64,000 nt of DNA from Acidimicrobiales bacterium (GTDB lineage Bacteria > Actinomycetota > Acidimicrobiia > Acidimicrobiales > JAKAVM01): assembly GCA_027452005.1 (NCBI GenBank), contig DAIDHF010000002.1:661-64660 (forward strand), in the 5' to 3' direction. Of the stretch, positions 18,539-28,051 are shown piece after piece. Numbering within the stretch: position 1 is the first letter of the stretch; each line of letters begins with the position of its first letter. Under the pieces are notes generated by a model. That model saw nothing but the letters and a program-made list of their open reading frames with translations, did not search any database and was not told the origin of the DNA. A program made the translations under genes and the position numbers.

Positions 18539-19999
18539 ATGACACCTGAAAAGGTCTTAGTTATTGACATCGGGACCTCCGGGGTCCGAGCCGCCACGAT
18601 CGACCCGGACTCCAACATTGACAACGTGTGTTACGAAGCCGTCCTCCCGATCTCACCCATGCCCGGGTTTGTTGAGTTCGACCCCCTCCAGATGGCCAAC
18701 GCGGCTCTCCGGGTTGCCAATGGGTGCCTGGGAAAGTCCGGACCGGTCAGCTGTGTGGGTATTGCCAACCAGCGGGCCTCAACTGTGGTGTGGGACCGAA
18801 AGACTGGAACCCCCATAGGGCCCGGGGTCGGCTGGCAGGACCTGAGGACTGTCGGGGTCTGTCTCGCCCTTAGAGACGAGGGGTTCCGGGTTGCCCCGAA
18901 CATGTCGGCCACCAAGGTCGAGTTCTTACTTAACCTGGGTGACCCCGAGCGAACTGGCGACCTGTGCTTTGGGACCGTGGATACCTGGATAGCCTGGAAC
19001 CTGTCCCAGGGTTCGGTTCACGTGACCGACGCCACCAACGCCGGGTTAACCGGGCTCTGGAAGTTAGGGGAGCCCGATTGGGACGGGTCCATCTTAGAGC
19101 GCCTGAACATCCCCGAGTCATGTCTTCCTAAGATAGTCAACTCGTCTGAGGTGGTCGGGTACGCGTCGGCCCTAGACGGGGCACCACCCATTTCCGGGAT
19201 AGCCGGGGACCAACAGGCCTCTTTGATCGGCCAGGGCGCCACCAATCGGGGGATCGCCAAGATAACCTTCGGGACCGGGGGGATGGCCGACACCTACGTG
19301 GGCACGACCAAGCCAGACTTTGAGGTCAAAGGACCCAACGGGACATTCCCAATAGTGGCCTGGAAGCGCCAGGATCGATATGCCTGGGGCCTTGAAGCGG
19401 TCATGTTATCTGCCGGGTCGTGCATTGAGTGGCTCCGAGACGACCTCAAGATCATCTCAAGTGCCAAAGAGTCCAGTAGTTTGGCGGCCTCGTGTTCTAG
19501 TACTCAAGGGGTCATGTTCGTCCCGGCCCTCTTGGGACTGGGGACCCCGAAGTGGGATCTGGGAGCCCGGGGGACCTTTGTAGGAATTACCCGGGGGACT
19601 GACCGGTCACACATCGTCCGGGCGGTCTTGGAGGGGATAGCCCACCGGGGAGCTGACCTCGTTGAGGCCGTTGAAAACGACAGCCAGACCAAGATAACCA
19701 CCCTGAGAGTAGACGGCGGGATGAGCGCGAACGAGGTCTTCTTGAAAGCCCTAGCCGACGCGACCGGACACGTTATCGAGGTCTCCCCGGTCCTTGAGGC
19801 GACCACCCTAGGTGCCGGATACCTAGCCGGGATGGCCTGTGGGATGTGGGAAGACGAAGACGACGTGTCCGGGGCCTGGGAGCCCGGTCAGGTCATCGAG
19901 CCCACCCTGACCAACCGCGACGAGGTCCGAGAGCGCTGGGCCGATGCTATTGGTAGGTCCACAGAGACCATCCCGGGCCTCTCGTCTTTGGAGTTCTAG
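18539..19999 (+). CDS. FGGY-family kinase, glycerol-kinase-like
   Basis: 486-aa ORF. LVIDIGTSGVRAA and GIANQRASTVVWDRKTGTPIGPGVGWQDLRT parallel the GlpK ITNQRETTVVWD..WQD.RT segment. The C-terminal FGGY domain reads LRVDGGMSANEVFLKALAD. Confidence 0.75.
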   Translation: MTPEKVLVIDIGTSGVRAATIDPDSNIDNVCYEAVLPISPMPGFVEFDPLQMANAALRVANGCLGKSGPVSCVGIANQRASTVVWDRKTGTPIGPGVGWQDLRTVGVCLALRDEGFRVAPNMSATKVEFLLNLGDPERTGDLCFGTVDTWIAWNLSQGSVHVTDATNAGLTGLWKLGEPDWDGSILERLNIPESCLPKIVNSSEVVGYASALDGAPPISGIAGDQQASLIGQGATNRGIAKITFGTGGMADTYVGTTKPDFEVKGPNGTFPIVAWKRQDRYAWGLEAVMLSAGSCIEWLRDDLKIISSAKESSSLAASCSSTQGVMFVPALLGLGTPKWDLGARGTFVGITRGTDRSHIVRAVLEGIAHRGADLVEAVENDSQTKITTLRVDGGMSANEVFLKALADATGHVIEVSPVLEATTLGAGYLAGMACGMWEDEDDVSGAWEPGQVIEPTLTNRDEVRERWADAIGRSTETIPGLSSLEF

Positions 20000-20554
20000 G
20001 TGTCTATTACCGTCTGGCTCACCGGTCTTCCGTCGGCCGGCAAGTCAACCCTGGCCCGGGCCCTGAGCGAGAGTCTGGCCAGGCGAGATCTAGATCACCA
20101 GATCCTAGACGGAGACGAGATGCGCGAGTATCTAACCGCCGGCCTCGGATTTTCTAGGCAAGACCGGGACACGAACGTGAGACGGATCGGATACGTGGCC
20201 TCTCTGTTATCTCGTCACGGGATACTCACGATCTGCCCGGTGATATCCCCTTACCAAGACGCCCGGGACGAGATAAGAGCCCTCCATGACCCGGGCCGGT
20301 TTTTCGAAGTGTACGTGTCAACCCCGATAGCCGAGTGTGAACGCCGCGACGTCAAGGGCCTCTACGCCCGGGCCCGACTCGGAGAGCTGTCCAACATGAC
20401 CGGGATCGACGACCCCTATGAACCTCCAAGGAACCCCGACCTCGTTGTCGACACCGTGACGCTCGGGATCGACCTGGCTACTAACGCAATTCTAGGTCCC
20501 GTCTTAACCCGCCTAGACGAGCTTTCCCGGGCGCGCCCAACTGCAGGTAATTAA
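20000..20554 (+). CDS. cysC: Adenylylsulfate (APS) kinase
   Basis: 184-aa ORF with P-loop VWLTGLPSAGKSTLARAL and the motifs LDGDEMR and FSRQDRDTNVRRIGYVA. The GTG start follows directly after the upstream stop. Confidence 0.85.
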   Translation: MSITVWLTGLPSAGKSTLARALSESLARRDLDHQILDGDEMREYLTAGLGFSRQDRDTNVRRIGYVASLLSRHGILTICPVISPYQDARDEIRALHDPGRFFEVYVSTPIAECERRDVKGLYARARLGELSNMTGIDDPYEPPRNPDLVVDTVTLGIDLATNAILGPVLTRLDELSRARPTAGN

Positions 20555-20556
20555 CC

Positions 20557-22257
20557 GTGGACTTTATTACCAAGAATCCAGACGGGAGCGTGTCGACCAG
20601 GCTCCGGGGGCGTCAAATAATGGCGTCTCCCCTGATCAACAAAGGGGTAGCCTTCGACGAGGAGGAGCGCCAGGCCCTGGGTCTAATTGGTCTACTCCCT
20701 CCAACCGTGCTCAGCCTCGACGAACAGGCCGTGCGGGCCTATGAGCAGTACCACACCCAGCCCACCGACCTAGCCAAGAACGTGTTCCTAACCCTCCTCA
20801 ACGATCGCAACGAGGTCCTCTTCTATCGCCTCCTCCTAGATCACCTGGTTGAGATGTTACCCATTGTCTACAGCCCCACGGTTGGCGAGGCCATTCAGCG
20901 CTACAGCCATGAGTATCGTACTCCGAGGGGTATCTACCTTTCAATAGACCACCCCGAGCATGTCGAAAAGGCCTTTAGAGACCTGGGGGTTGGTCCAGGT
21001 GACATCGACCTCATCGTCGCCACCGACGCCGAAGCAATTTTAGGTATCGGAGACTGGGGGGTCGGGGGCATAAACATCAGCGTGGGCAAGCTAATCGTGT
21101 ACACGGCCGCCGCCGGGATCGACCCTGCTCGGGTTATCCCGGTAATGATCGACGTTGGAACCGACCGGGACTCTCTACTCAACGACCCCGTGTACATCGG
21201 TAACCGCCACCCCCGGGTTCGCGCTGAGCGGTATCTGGCCTTTATTGACCACTATGTCGAGGTTGTTAGAAAGCTCTTTCCCCACGCCCTCTTGCACTGG
21301 GAGGACTTCGGGGCAGACAATGCCCGAGAGATCCTAAATCGCTACCGCGACCAATTTGCCACCTTCAACGACGACATGCAGGGAACCGGGGCGATCGCAC
21401 TGGCCACTGTTTTGGCCGCGTGTAGGGTGAGCGGGGTTCCCCTCGAAGACCAGCGGGTCGTGATATTTGGTTCCGGGACGGCCGGAATCGGGATAGCCGA
21501 CCAACTAAAAGACGCCATGGTCCGCCACGGGGCGACCGAACAAGACGCCCTGGCCCAGTTCTGGTGCCTGGACCGAGACGGCTTGTTGACCAACAACATG
21601 AGGGACTCGCTCCATGACTTCCAGGTGCCCTACGCGCGAGACTTCGCCGAGGTGTCCACCTGGGACCGGGTGCGCACCGCAATTATTGATCTCGCAGAGG
21701 TGGTCCGCCAGGTCAGACCGACCCTCTTGATCGGGACCTCGGCGGTAGCCGGGGCCTTCACCGAGGAAATAGTCAAAGCAATGGCCGCAGGATGTGACCG
21801 GCCCATCATCCTCCCCCTGTCCAACCCGACCTCACGGGTAGAGGCCACCCCGAGGGACCTCCTTGGCTGGACCGCCGGGAAGGCCCTCGTAGCCACCGGG
21901 AGTCCGTTCGAACCGGTCGCGCTCGGATCGACAACCTATGAGATCGGCCAGGCCAACAACGCCCTGTTGTATCCGGGGCTTGGCCTGGGAACTGTTGTAT
22001 GCAAGGCCCGGACCATAACCGACTCAATGTTTTATCAGGCCGCCTTAGCCGTGGCCGACATGGTCGACCCAGCGCGTCCCGGGGCGGCCATATTGCCCTC
22101 GGTCCACGACGTGAGGTCCGTCTCGGCGGCCGTGGCGGTTAGTACGATCCAGGCCGCGATCGACGACGGGGTAGCCGGGCACGTCCCCGACGACCTTGCC
22201 CTGGAGGTGGCCTCGTGCATGTGGTGGCCCAACTACGCGAAGATCTATGCTCAATAG
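20557..22257 (+). CDS. NAD(P)-dependent malic enzyme
   Basis: 566-aa ORF with VYSPTVGEA, FNDDMQGTGAIALA and the Rossmann motif VIFGSGTAGIGIA. Confidence 0.9.
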   Translation: MDFITKNPDGSVSTRLRGRQIMASPLINKGVAFDEEERQALGLIGLLPPTVLSLDEQAVRAYEQYHTQPTDLAKNVFLTLLNDRNEVLFYRLLLDHLVEMLPIVYSPTVGEAIQRYSHEYRTPRGIYLSIDHPEHVEKAFRDLGVGPGDIDLIVATDAEAILGIGDWGVGGINISVGKLIVYTAAAGIDPARVIPVMIDVGTDRDSLLNDPVYIGNRHPRVRAERYLAFIDHYVEVVRKLFPHALLHWEDFGADNAREILNRYRDQFATFNDDMQGTGAIALATVLAACRVSGVPLEDQRVVIFGSGTAGIGIADQLKDAMVRHGATEQDALAQFWCLDRDGLLTNNMRDSLHDFQVPYARDFAEVSTWDRVRTAIIDLAEVVRQVRPTLLIGTSAVAGAFTEEIVKAMAAGCDRPIILPLSNPTSRVEATPRDLLGWTAGKALVATGSPFEPVALGSTTYEIGQANNALLYPGLGLGTVVCKARTITDSMFYQAALAVADMVDPARPGAAILPSVHDVRSVSAAVAVSTIQAAIDDGVAGHVPDDLALEVASCMWWPNYAKIYAQ

Positions 22258-22308
22258 ACCATCCCCTTTTCTCGGGGGCCTAATCAATAACTTAGAGAGG
22301 AGGCCGTA

Positions 22309-22689
22309 ATGCTCAAAGGTGTTAGGTCGGTCGGGATATACGTGGCCGATCAACGCAGAGCCCTGACCTTCTTCGAGGACGCCCTGGGGTGCGAGGTACT
22401 CACCAACCAACCCATGGGAGAAGATGAAGACGGACCCCGTTGGATCGAGGTCAGACTTCCCGGAGATCCCACCGTTCTGGTCTTATTTACCCCAGAGGGC
22501 CAGGAATCGCGGATTGGGACCTACTCAAACGTGATGTTTGAGTGCACCAACATGCAAGACACCTACGAGGAACTTACCCTGCGCGGGGTCAGGTTCCCCG
22601 ACCCTCCAACCCTGGCCCCGTGGGGCAAGTGGTGGGCGACCTTTTGCGACCCTGACGGAAACCTCTACGGTCTAACCACCTCCGAGTGA
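22309..22689 (+). CDS. VOC/glyoxalase-family protein
   Basis: 126-aa ORF with paired beta-alpha-beta-beta-beta pattern (VGIYVADQRRALTFFEDALGCEV ... FCDPDGNLYGL). Confidence 0.7.
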   Translation: MLKGVRSVGIYVADQRRALTFFEDALGCEVLTNQPMGEDEDGPRWIEVRLPGDPTVLVLFTPEGQESRIGTYSNVMFECTNMQDTYEELTLRGVRFPDPPTLAPWGKWWATFCDPDGNLYGLTTSE

Positions 22690-22747
22690 ACCCGCGCTGA
22701 AAGCCCTTCACCATGCGGGCCGGGATTAATCGAGGTAGACTCGTCAT

Positions 22748-23158
22748 CGACGACAAGTTGGCCGGGTAGTCGCGGCAAAGAAGTTACCTAGTAGCTTTTT
22801 TGTCGAGGAAGGTCGGGGCTCCATAGAGCAGGGTGCTGGCTAACGGCCAGGCGGGGTGACCCGACGGAAAGTGCAACAGAGAGTAGACCGCCGACGTGTT
22901 GACCCGACTCGGGCTCAACACGGGCAAGGGTGAAACGGTGAGGTAAGAGCTCACCAGCAACCGGGGTAACTCGGTTGGCTTTGTAAACCCCACCCGGAGC
23001 AAGGTCAAATGTGAGACACGGGTTGCTCGCTCGCACCAGGCCGTGACCTGGTGCAGTCTCCTGGTAGACCGCTTAGATGGATGACTACACAGTCCGGGCC
23101 GGGCCATTAGGCCCTCCCGGATGGACAGAACCCCGCCTACAGGCCGACTTGTCGTCAC
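22748..23158 (+). ncRNA. rnpB: RNase P RNA, bacterial class A
   Basis: Conserved regions were read directly.
- CR-I: GAGGAAGGUCGGGGCUCCAUAGAGCAGGGUGCUGGCUAACGGCCAGGCGGGGUGACCCGACGGAAAGUGCAACAGAGAGUAGACCGCC
- AGGGUGAAACGGUGAGGUAAGAGCUCACCAG
- CR-IV/V: GACAGAACCCCGCCUACAGGCC
The P1/P2 helix pairs CGACAAGUUGGCC (22751-22763) with GGCCGACUUGUCG (23142-23154). The ends are approximate to a few nt. Confidence 0.93.
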
Positions 23159-23212
23159 GAGTACTTCTAGGTGCGCCAGCCACCCGCATTGGCAACCGGG
23201 TAGTATTTCTCT

Positions 23213-24478
23213 GTGCAAAAAGACATCTTTGAGCTAGTAGACGACCTGTGGACGGGGAAGGTATCCATCGAGGATCATCACCCGGTTACTCAGGCATCCT
23301 CGCTGGTCTTGGTTTCCTCGTCGTGTGCCTTCGTTCCGTCGTTTGCTAACGTGTCAGTGTTTGCAACCGACGATGGCCTGGTAATGGTGGACACGGGCAG
23401 TCAGTTCCTGGCCAAGAGCGTGTTCGATCAGGTTCGCAAGTGGAACCCGTCCCGGCTTGACACGGCCGTGTACTCTCACGGGCACATCGACCACGTGTTC
23501 GGGGTTCCCCTCTACCAGCAAGAAGCGATAGAAAAAGGTTGGGCACCCCCCAGGGTAATGGCCCACGAAGCCCTTGCCGATCGCTTTGACCGCTACAAAT
23601 TCACGGCCGGGTATAACTCAATTATCAATCAACGCCAATTTGGACTACCCAACTTCGAGTGGCCCGTGGAGTACCGGTATCCAGATGAGACCTATCAGAC
23701 CAGCCTGGCAGCTAGGGTGGGTGGACTCGAGTTCACCTTGTACCATGCCAAGGGAGAGACCGACGATCACACCTGGACCTGGTTCCCGTCTCTCAAGACG
23801 ATATGTTGCGGTGACCTATTTATATGGGCCTCACCAAACGCGGGCAACCCACAAAAGGTTCAACGCTATCCCAGGGAGTGGGCCCGGGCCCTTCGAACCA
23901 TGCAGGGGCTCGGGGCAACCACGTTGCTTCCAGGCCACGGACTCCCGGTTGTCGGGGCAAATCGAGTTGACCAGGCCCTGGGTGACACGGCCGAGCTTCT
24001 AGAGTACTTAGTCGAGGCCACGATAGAGCTCATGAACCAGGGAGCCACCTTGAACGATATTATTCATTCGGTTATTCCACCGGACCGCCTCATGGAAAAG
24101 CCCTACCTACGTCCGGTGTACGATGAACCCGAGTTTGTTATTCGGACCGTGTGGCGCCAGTACGGGGGGTGGTATGACGGTGATCCCTCAAACCTGAAAC
24201 CGGCCAGGTCTAATGAGTTGGCCCAGGAGATTTCCTCATTAGCCGGTGGGCCGACCAGGTTAGTTGACAGAGCTCTTGAGCTCCTAGAGGAGGACGACTA
24301 CCGCCTTGCTTGCCACCTAATTGAGTTTGCCTTTCTGGCGAGCCCGTCCGATTCACAAGTGGCCCAGGTAAGGTCCCAGATCTATCGGGAGCGAGCGCTT
24401 CACGAGACCTCCACCATGGCCAAAGGGATCTTCAACTGGGCCTCAAAACAGTCCGACGGCTTGACGCCAACCAACTAG
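23213..24478 (+). CDS. MBL-fold metallo-hydrolase, alkyl-sulfatase-like (MBL plus dimerisation domain, no SCP2 tail)
   Basis: 421-aa ORF with the metal motif YSHGHIDHVFG, and later HAKGETDDH and LPGHG. The layout resembles the N-terminal two thirds of type III alkyl/aryl sulfatases. Confidence 0.6.
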   Translation: MQKDIFELVDDLWTGKVSIEDHHPVTQASSLVLVSSSCAFVPSFANVSVFATDDGLVMVDTGSQFLAKSVFDQVRKWNPSRLDTAVYSHGHIDHVFGVPLYQQEAIEKGWAPPRVMAHEALADRFDRYKFTAGYNSIINQRQFGLPNFEWPVEYRYPDETYQTSLAARVGGLEFTLYHAKGETDDHTWTWFPSLKTICCGDLFIWASPNAGNPQKVQRYPREWARALRTMQGLGATTLLPGHGLPVVGANRVDQALGDTAELLEYLVEATIELMNQGATLNDIIHSVIPPDRLMEKPYLRPVYDEPEFVIRTVWRQYGGWYDGDPSNLKPARSNELAQEISSLAGGPTRLVDRALELLEEDDYRLACHLIEFAFLASPSDSQVAQVRSQIYRERALHETSTMAKGIFNWASKQSDGLTPTN

Positions 24479-24482
24479 GTCG

Positions 24483-25898
24483 GTGTTCTCGCTAGACACC
24501 AGGACCAAGTACTTGGCCTGGTTGGGGGTTATTGTGATCTTGGGTCTGGGCTTTCGTGTGGGCTTTGTGAGCGCGTACGAGTTTGTGGGGTTTCACCAGT
24601 ATGGGACCCACTGTCTGGGAAAGGACAACTACCCCGGTTGTAACCGGTTCTTTGAACACGAGGTAAAGACCGGGATCGGAGGCGATGCCCTGTACTACCA
24701 CGACCAGGCCCACCTTCTCCTTCAGGGAAAATTCTTCGTGTTGCCTTCAAAGTACTATGAGACCGGGCAAATTCAACCCTCGGCCAGTCACCCTCCCTTA
24801 TATAGTGTCACGTTAGCCGGCGAAGACCTCTTGGGACTTAGTACCGTTGACGACCAGCGAATTGCGGGGTGCTTTTTAGGCGAACTCTCTGTGTTGCTAC
24901 TCGCTGTTGCCGCCTTGCGAATGGCCGGACGGCGGACCAGTGTCATTGCGGGACTAATCGGGTCGGCCTATCCGGGCATGTGGATCTTTGACGGGACGGA
25001 TATGTCCGAGATCGTGTCAATCTTGGTTATCTCACTCTTGATAGCCGAGTCGTATCGGTTTCTCAAGAAGCCCTCAATAAAGATGGCGATTTGGATCGGG
25101 GTAATCATTGCCTTTGCCTCCTATGCCAGGTCTGAGTTGATCTTGCTTGACGTCTTGATCCCCCCGTTCTTGATTTACTACCTCTACCGCCAGAAGCTAT
25201 TTTGTGTCTCCATACGGCGCTCGTTTGAAGTACTGGTCGTAACTATCGGGGCCTCGATTGTCTGTCTGGCCCCGTGGATTGGGTTCAACCTGTCCCGGTT
25301 CTCCCAGCCAGAGTTCCTTTCGACCCAACTGGGCATGACCCTGGCAGTGTCGAACTGCAACACGGTCTACAGTGGTAAGTTCATTGGATTCTGGGACCTT
25401 CCCAACTGCCTTGAGAACCGCCCGGTAACAAAACAAGACGGTCCACCTCCCAAGCACGGGGATGAGTCCGTCTCCGACACCTACTGGAGAAAGGTCGGCC
25501 TGAACTACATTGGCGCCCACCTGGGATCTCTCCCGAAAGTAATCCTGGCCAGAGAGGGCCGAGTATTTTGGTTGTTCAACCCCGGCCAGCAGCAAAACCT
25601 GAACTCTTTTGTGGAGCAGTGGAACCCGAGTGCGGACGCGGCCTTTAGGTGGTCCTTCTACTTACTTGCCCTCCTCACGATACCGGGAGTCTTTGCAACC
25701 GTCCGCCGGTTGAAACTCCCAATTAGCCCCCTTGTTGGACCTGTTCTGGTGGTTGTCGTGGCCGTGTTCGTTACATATGGGACCACCCGGTTTCAATCTG
25801 CCGCAGAGCCTACCTTAGTTGTACTGTCTGCCCTCGGGGTAAGCTACATGATTGATCGCGTTAGTAGTAGTCGTGAGATGTCCGTCCCAGGGCTCTAG
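24483..25898 (+). CDS. Polytopic membrane protein, probable GT-C glycosyltransferase (ArnT/PMT-like)
   Basis: 471-aa ORF with about 9-10 hydrophobic helices. An early loop with conserved acidic and aromatic residues (GGDALYYHDQAH) sits where GT-C enzymes carry the catalytic loop. The family call is tentative. Confidence 0.45.
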   Translation: MFSLDTRTKYLAWLGVIVILGLGFRVGFVSAYEFVGFHQYGTHCLGKDNYPGCNRFFEHEVKTGIGGDALYYHDQAHLLLQGKFFVLPSKYYETGQIQPSASHPPLYSVTLAGEDLLGLSTVDDQRIAGCFLGELSVLLLAVAALRMAGRRTSVIAGLIGSAYPGMWIFDGTDMSEIVSILVISLLIAESYRFLKKPSIKMAIWIGVIIAFASYARSELILLDVLIPPFLIYYLYRQKLFCVSIRRSFEVLVVTIGASIVCLAPWIGFNLSRFSQPEFLSTQLGMTLAVSNCNTVYSGKFIGFWDLPNCLENRPVTKQDGPPPKHGDESVSDTYWRKVGLNYIGAHLGSLPKVILAREGRVFWLFNPGQQQNLNSFVEQWNPSADAAFRWSFYLLALLTIPGVFATVRRLKLPISPLVGPVLVVVVAVFVTYGTTRFQSAAEPTLVVLSALGVSYMIDRVSSSREMSVPGL

Positions 25899-25916
25899 GA
25901 AAGTACCAGCTAACTA

Positions 25917-28031
25917 GTGCCCGACCGAGTTCAGGATGTACCACGGTTATCACCCGGGCCACGAGGCAGAATCTCTTACCTCCCCGGACTCGACGGAATC
26001 CGGGCCATTGCGGTCTTGGCAATAATCGCCTATCACTCCGGATTTTCGTGGATCACGGGAGGCTTTTACTCGGTTGATACTTTCTTTACTCTGTCGGGAT
26101 TTCTAATCACGACCCTGCTGATCGCCGAGTGGAGCAAGTCAACTACCATCTCGCTATCTAATTTCTGGATAAGACGAGCCCGGAGGCTTCTCCCGGGGCT
26201 CTTTGTGATGCTCGTGGGACTCGGACTTGCCACATTGGTATTCCCGGGGGCCCTGGCCAGCTCGAGCCTCAAGTCAGATTCCATCGCAACTCTGTTCTAC
26301 TATGCCAACTGGCACTTCATCTTCGCTCACGCTAACTACTTCTTTGTTACCTCCAAGCCCTCGGCCCTCCTGCACACCTGGACCCTGGCCATTGAGGAAC
26401 AGTTCTACATTGTCTGGCCTCTTATAGTAGCTGGCGTACTTATTGTCTATCGACGGTCCAATCAACTGTCGGACAGACCAAAGCGGGCACGCCTCAAGGC
26501 ACTCCTGAGCATTGGGATGGTCGGATCGGTTGCCTCGGCGGTGCTCATGGCGATCTTGTACCACCCCGGTTCTGACCCGACCCGGGTTTATTATGGGACC
26601 GACACCCGGGCGCAGTCACTATTGATTGGGGCCAGCTTGGCGGTAGTACTTGAACTTTGGCCCCTCAAAGACAGTCCTCGGGGTCCCAAAGTGATTGGAG
26701 TACTTGGGATTGCGGGAGTTTTTGGTACCGGGATCATCTGGAGCATGATGTCTGAAAGTTCCCCGTTCGCGTTCCGGGGGGGGTTCTTTGTGGCTTCCGT
26801 GCTAAGTGCGTGTGTAATAGGGTGTGTGTCCCAGCTCCCCGAACATCCTATCACCCACGTGCTCGGGTTCTCGCCTCTAACCTATCTCGGGAAGATCTCT
26901 TACGGGGTATACCTTTGGTACTGGCCGACCTTGTTGGTTATCAATACCTCCTACACATCTCTGAGTGGGTTATGGCTTTTTATGGCCCGACTGGCTACCG
27001 TGATTGCGTTGGCCACCGCCTCTTACTATCTCGTCGAGTGCAAGATTCGGGCCGGGGCCATACACGGGCTGCGGGCGCCGGTGGCCGTGGCGGCCGGGAT
27101 TGTATGTTCTTTGGTGTCTATCTTCGTAACCTCTGCGTATGCAAACTCGTCGGCCACGGCCACGGTGTCACTGACTAATAACTCGGCATACAAGAACTCG
27201 GTAGACCTTCCCCTGGCACAAGGTTCTGGTCGGTCAATTCCCAGAGCATCTACAAAGCTAAAGGTCCTCTTGGTGGGAGACTCTATGGCCGGGACCCTCG
27301 GCGTTGGTCTGCAAGACCTGCAAGGCTCATATAACGTTCAATTGGTCAACCAGGGATCACCTGGGTGCTCACTGGCCATGGACGGAGACTTCAAGGTCCT
27401 GTGGTATACATCGGCACCGGGCAAGCCTTGCCAGGCAAACCAGCCCCAGGTACTTTTGGATACCTGGCAGGCCTGGGTAAATAGGTTCAATCCAGACGTG
27501 GTCATCTACTTTGCCCGGGCAGACCTCATGGATCAGTCAATCGGTGGAACCTGGGAAAGAATCGGGCAGGGTAACTTTGATCGGTATCTCACCCAACGTT
27601 TCCAGGCAGCACTTTCGGTGCTTACGTCCCGGGGGGCTCATGTAATCTTGATATCCAGCCCTTATTACAACAGTGGCACACAACCAAGTGGTCAGGGCTG
27701 GCCAGAAGATAATCCGAGTCGGGTAGTCGCGTATAATAAACTCCTAGAAGACGTGGCCCGAAATAATCCCGGGAAGGTTTCTTACTTGGACCTAAATGGA
27801 ATTTTGGCACCGTCCAATTCGTTCACGTCATCCTATAAGGGTCTTATAACGAGGTGTAACGATGGGGTTCACTTAACCCCGCTAGCTGGCAAGCTTGTGT
27901 CCAAACAAGTATTTCAGAGCACAATCTCCCTGGGAGAGAGCCATGCCAGCTCTTCTCCGGGTGGCACTTGGCCAAACTACAAACCAGGCCCACCGAGTTG
28001 GTATAGCCAGCTCCACTGTTTGGGCCCCTAG
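25917..28031 (+). CDS. Acyltransferase-3 (OafA-like) membrane protein fused to a C-terminal SGNH hydrolase domain
   Basis: 704-aa ORF. The N-terminus LPGLDGIRAIAVLAIIAYH and WTLAIEEQFYIVWP are AT3 hallmarks. The C-terminal VLLVGDSMAG ... CNDGVHLT matches SGNH blocks I and V. Confidence 0.85.
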   Translation: MPDRVQDVPRLSPGPRGRISYLPGLDGIRAIAVLAIIAYHSGFSWITGGFYSVDTFFTLSGFLITTLLIAEWSKSTTISLSNFWIRRARRLLPGLFVMLVGLGLATLVFPGALASSSLKSDSIATLFYYANWHFIFAHANYFFVTSKPSALLHTWTLAIEEQFYIVWPLIVAGVLIVYRRSNQLSDRPKRARLKALLSIGMVGSVASAVLMAILYHPGSDPTRVYYGTDTRAQSLLIGASLAVVLELWPLKDSPRGPKVIGVLGIAGVFGTGIIWSMMSESSPFAFRGGFFVASVLSACVIGCVSQLPEHPITHVLGFSPLTYLGKISYGVYLWYWPTLLVINTSYTSLSGLWLFMARLATVIALATASYYLVECKIRAGAIHGLRAPVAVAAGIVCSLVSIFVTSAYANSSATATVSLTNNSAYKNSVDLPLAQGSGRSIPRASTKLKVLLVGDSMAGTLGVGLQDLQGSYNVQLVNQGSPGCSLAMDGDFKVLWYTSAPGKPCQANQPQVLLDTWQAWVNRFNPDVVIYFARADLMDQSIGGTWERIGQGNFDRYLTQRFQAALSVLTSRGAHVILISSPYYNSGTQPSGQGWPEDNPSRVVAYNKLLEDVARNNPGKVSYLDLNGILAPSNSFTSSYKGLITRCNDGVHLTPLAGKLVSKQVFQSTISLGESHASSSPGGTWPNYKPGPPSWYSQLHCLGP

Positions 28032-28051
28032 TACACAATGGGGCTCTGTCC

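Noticed and set aside
22784-23218. ORF-track entries of 144 aa and 82 aa on the minus strand
   Set aside because: They lie entirely antisense to a textbook class-A RNase P RNA (22748-23158). They have no coding signal of their own.
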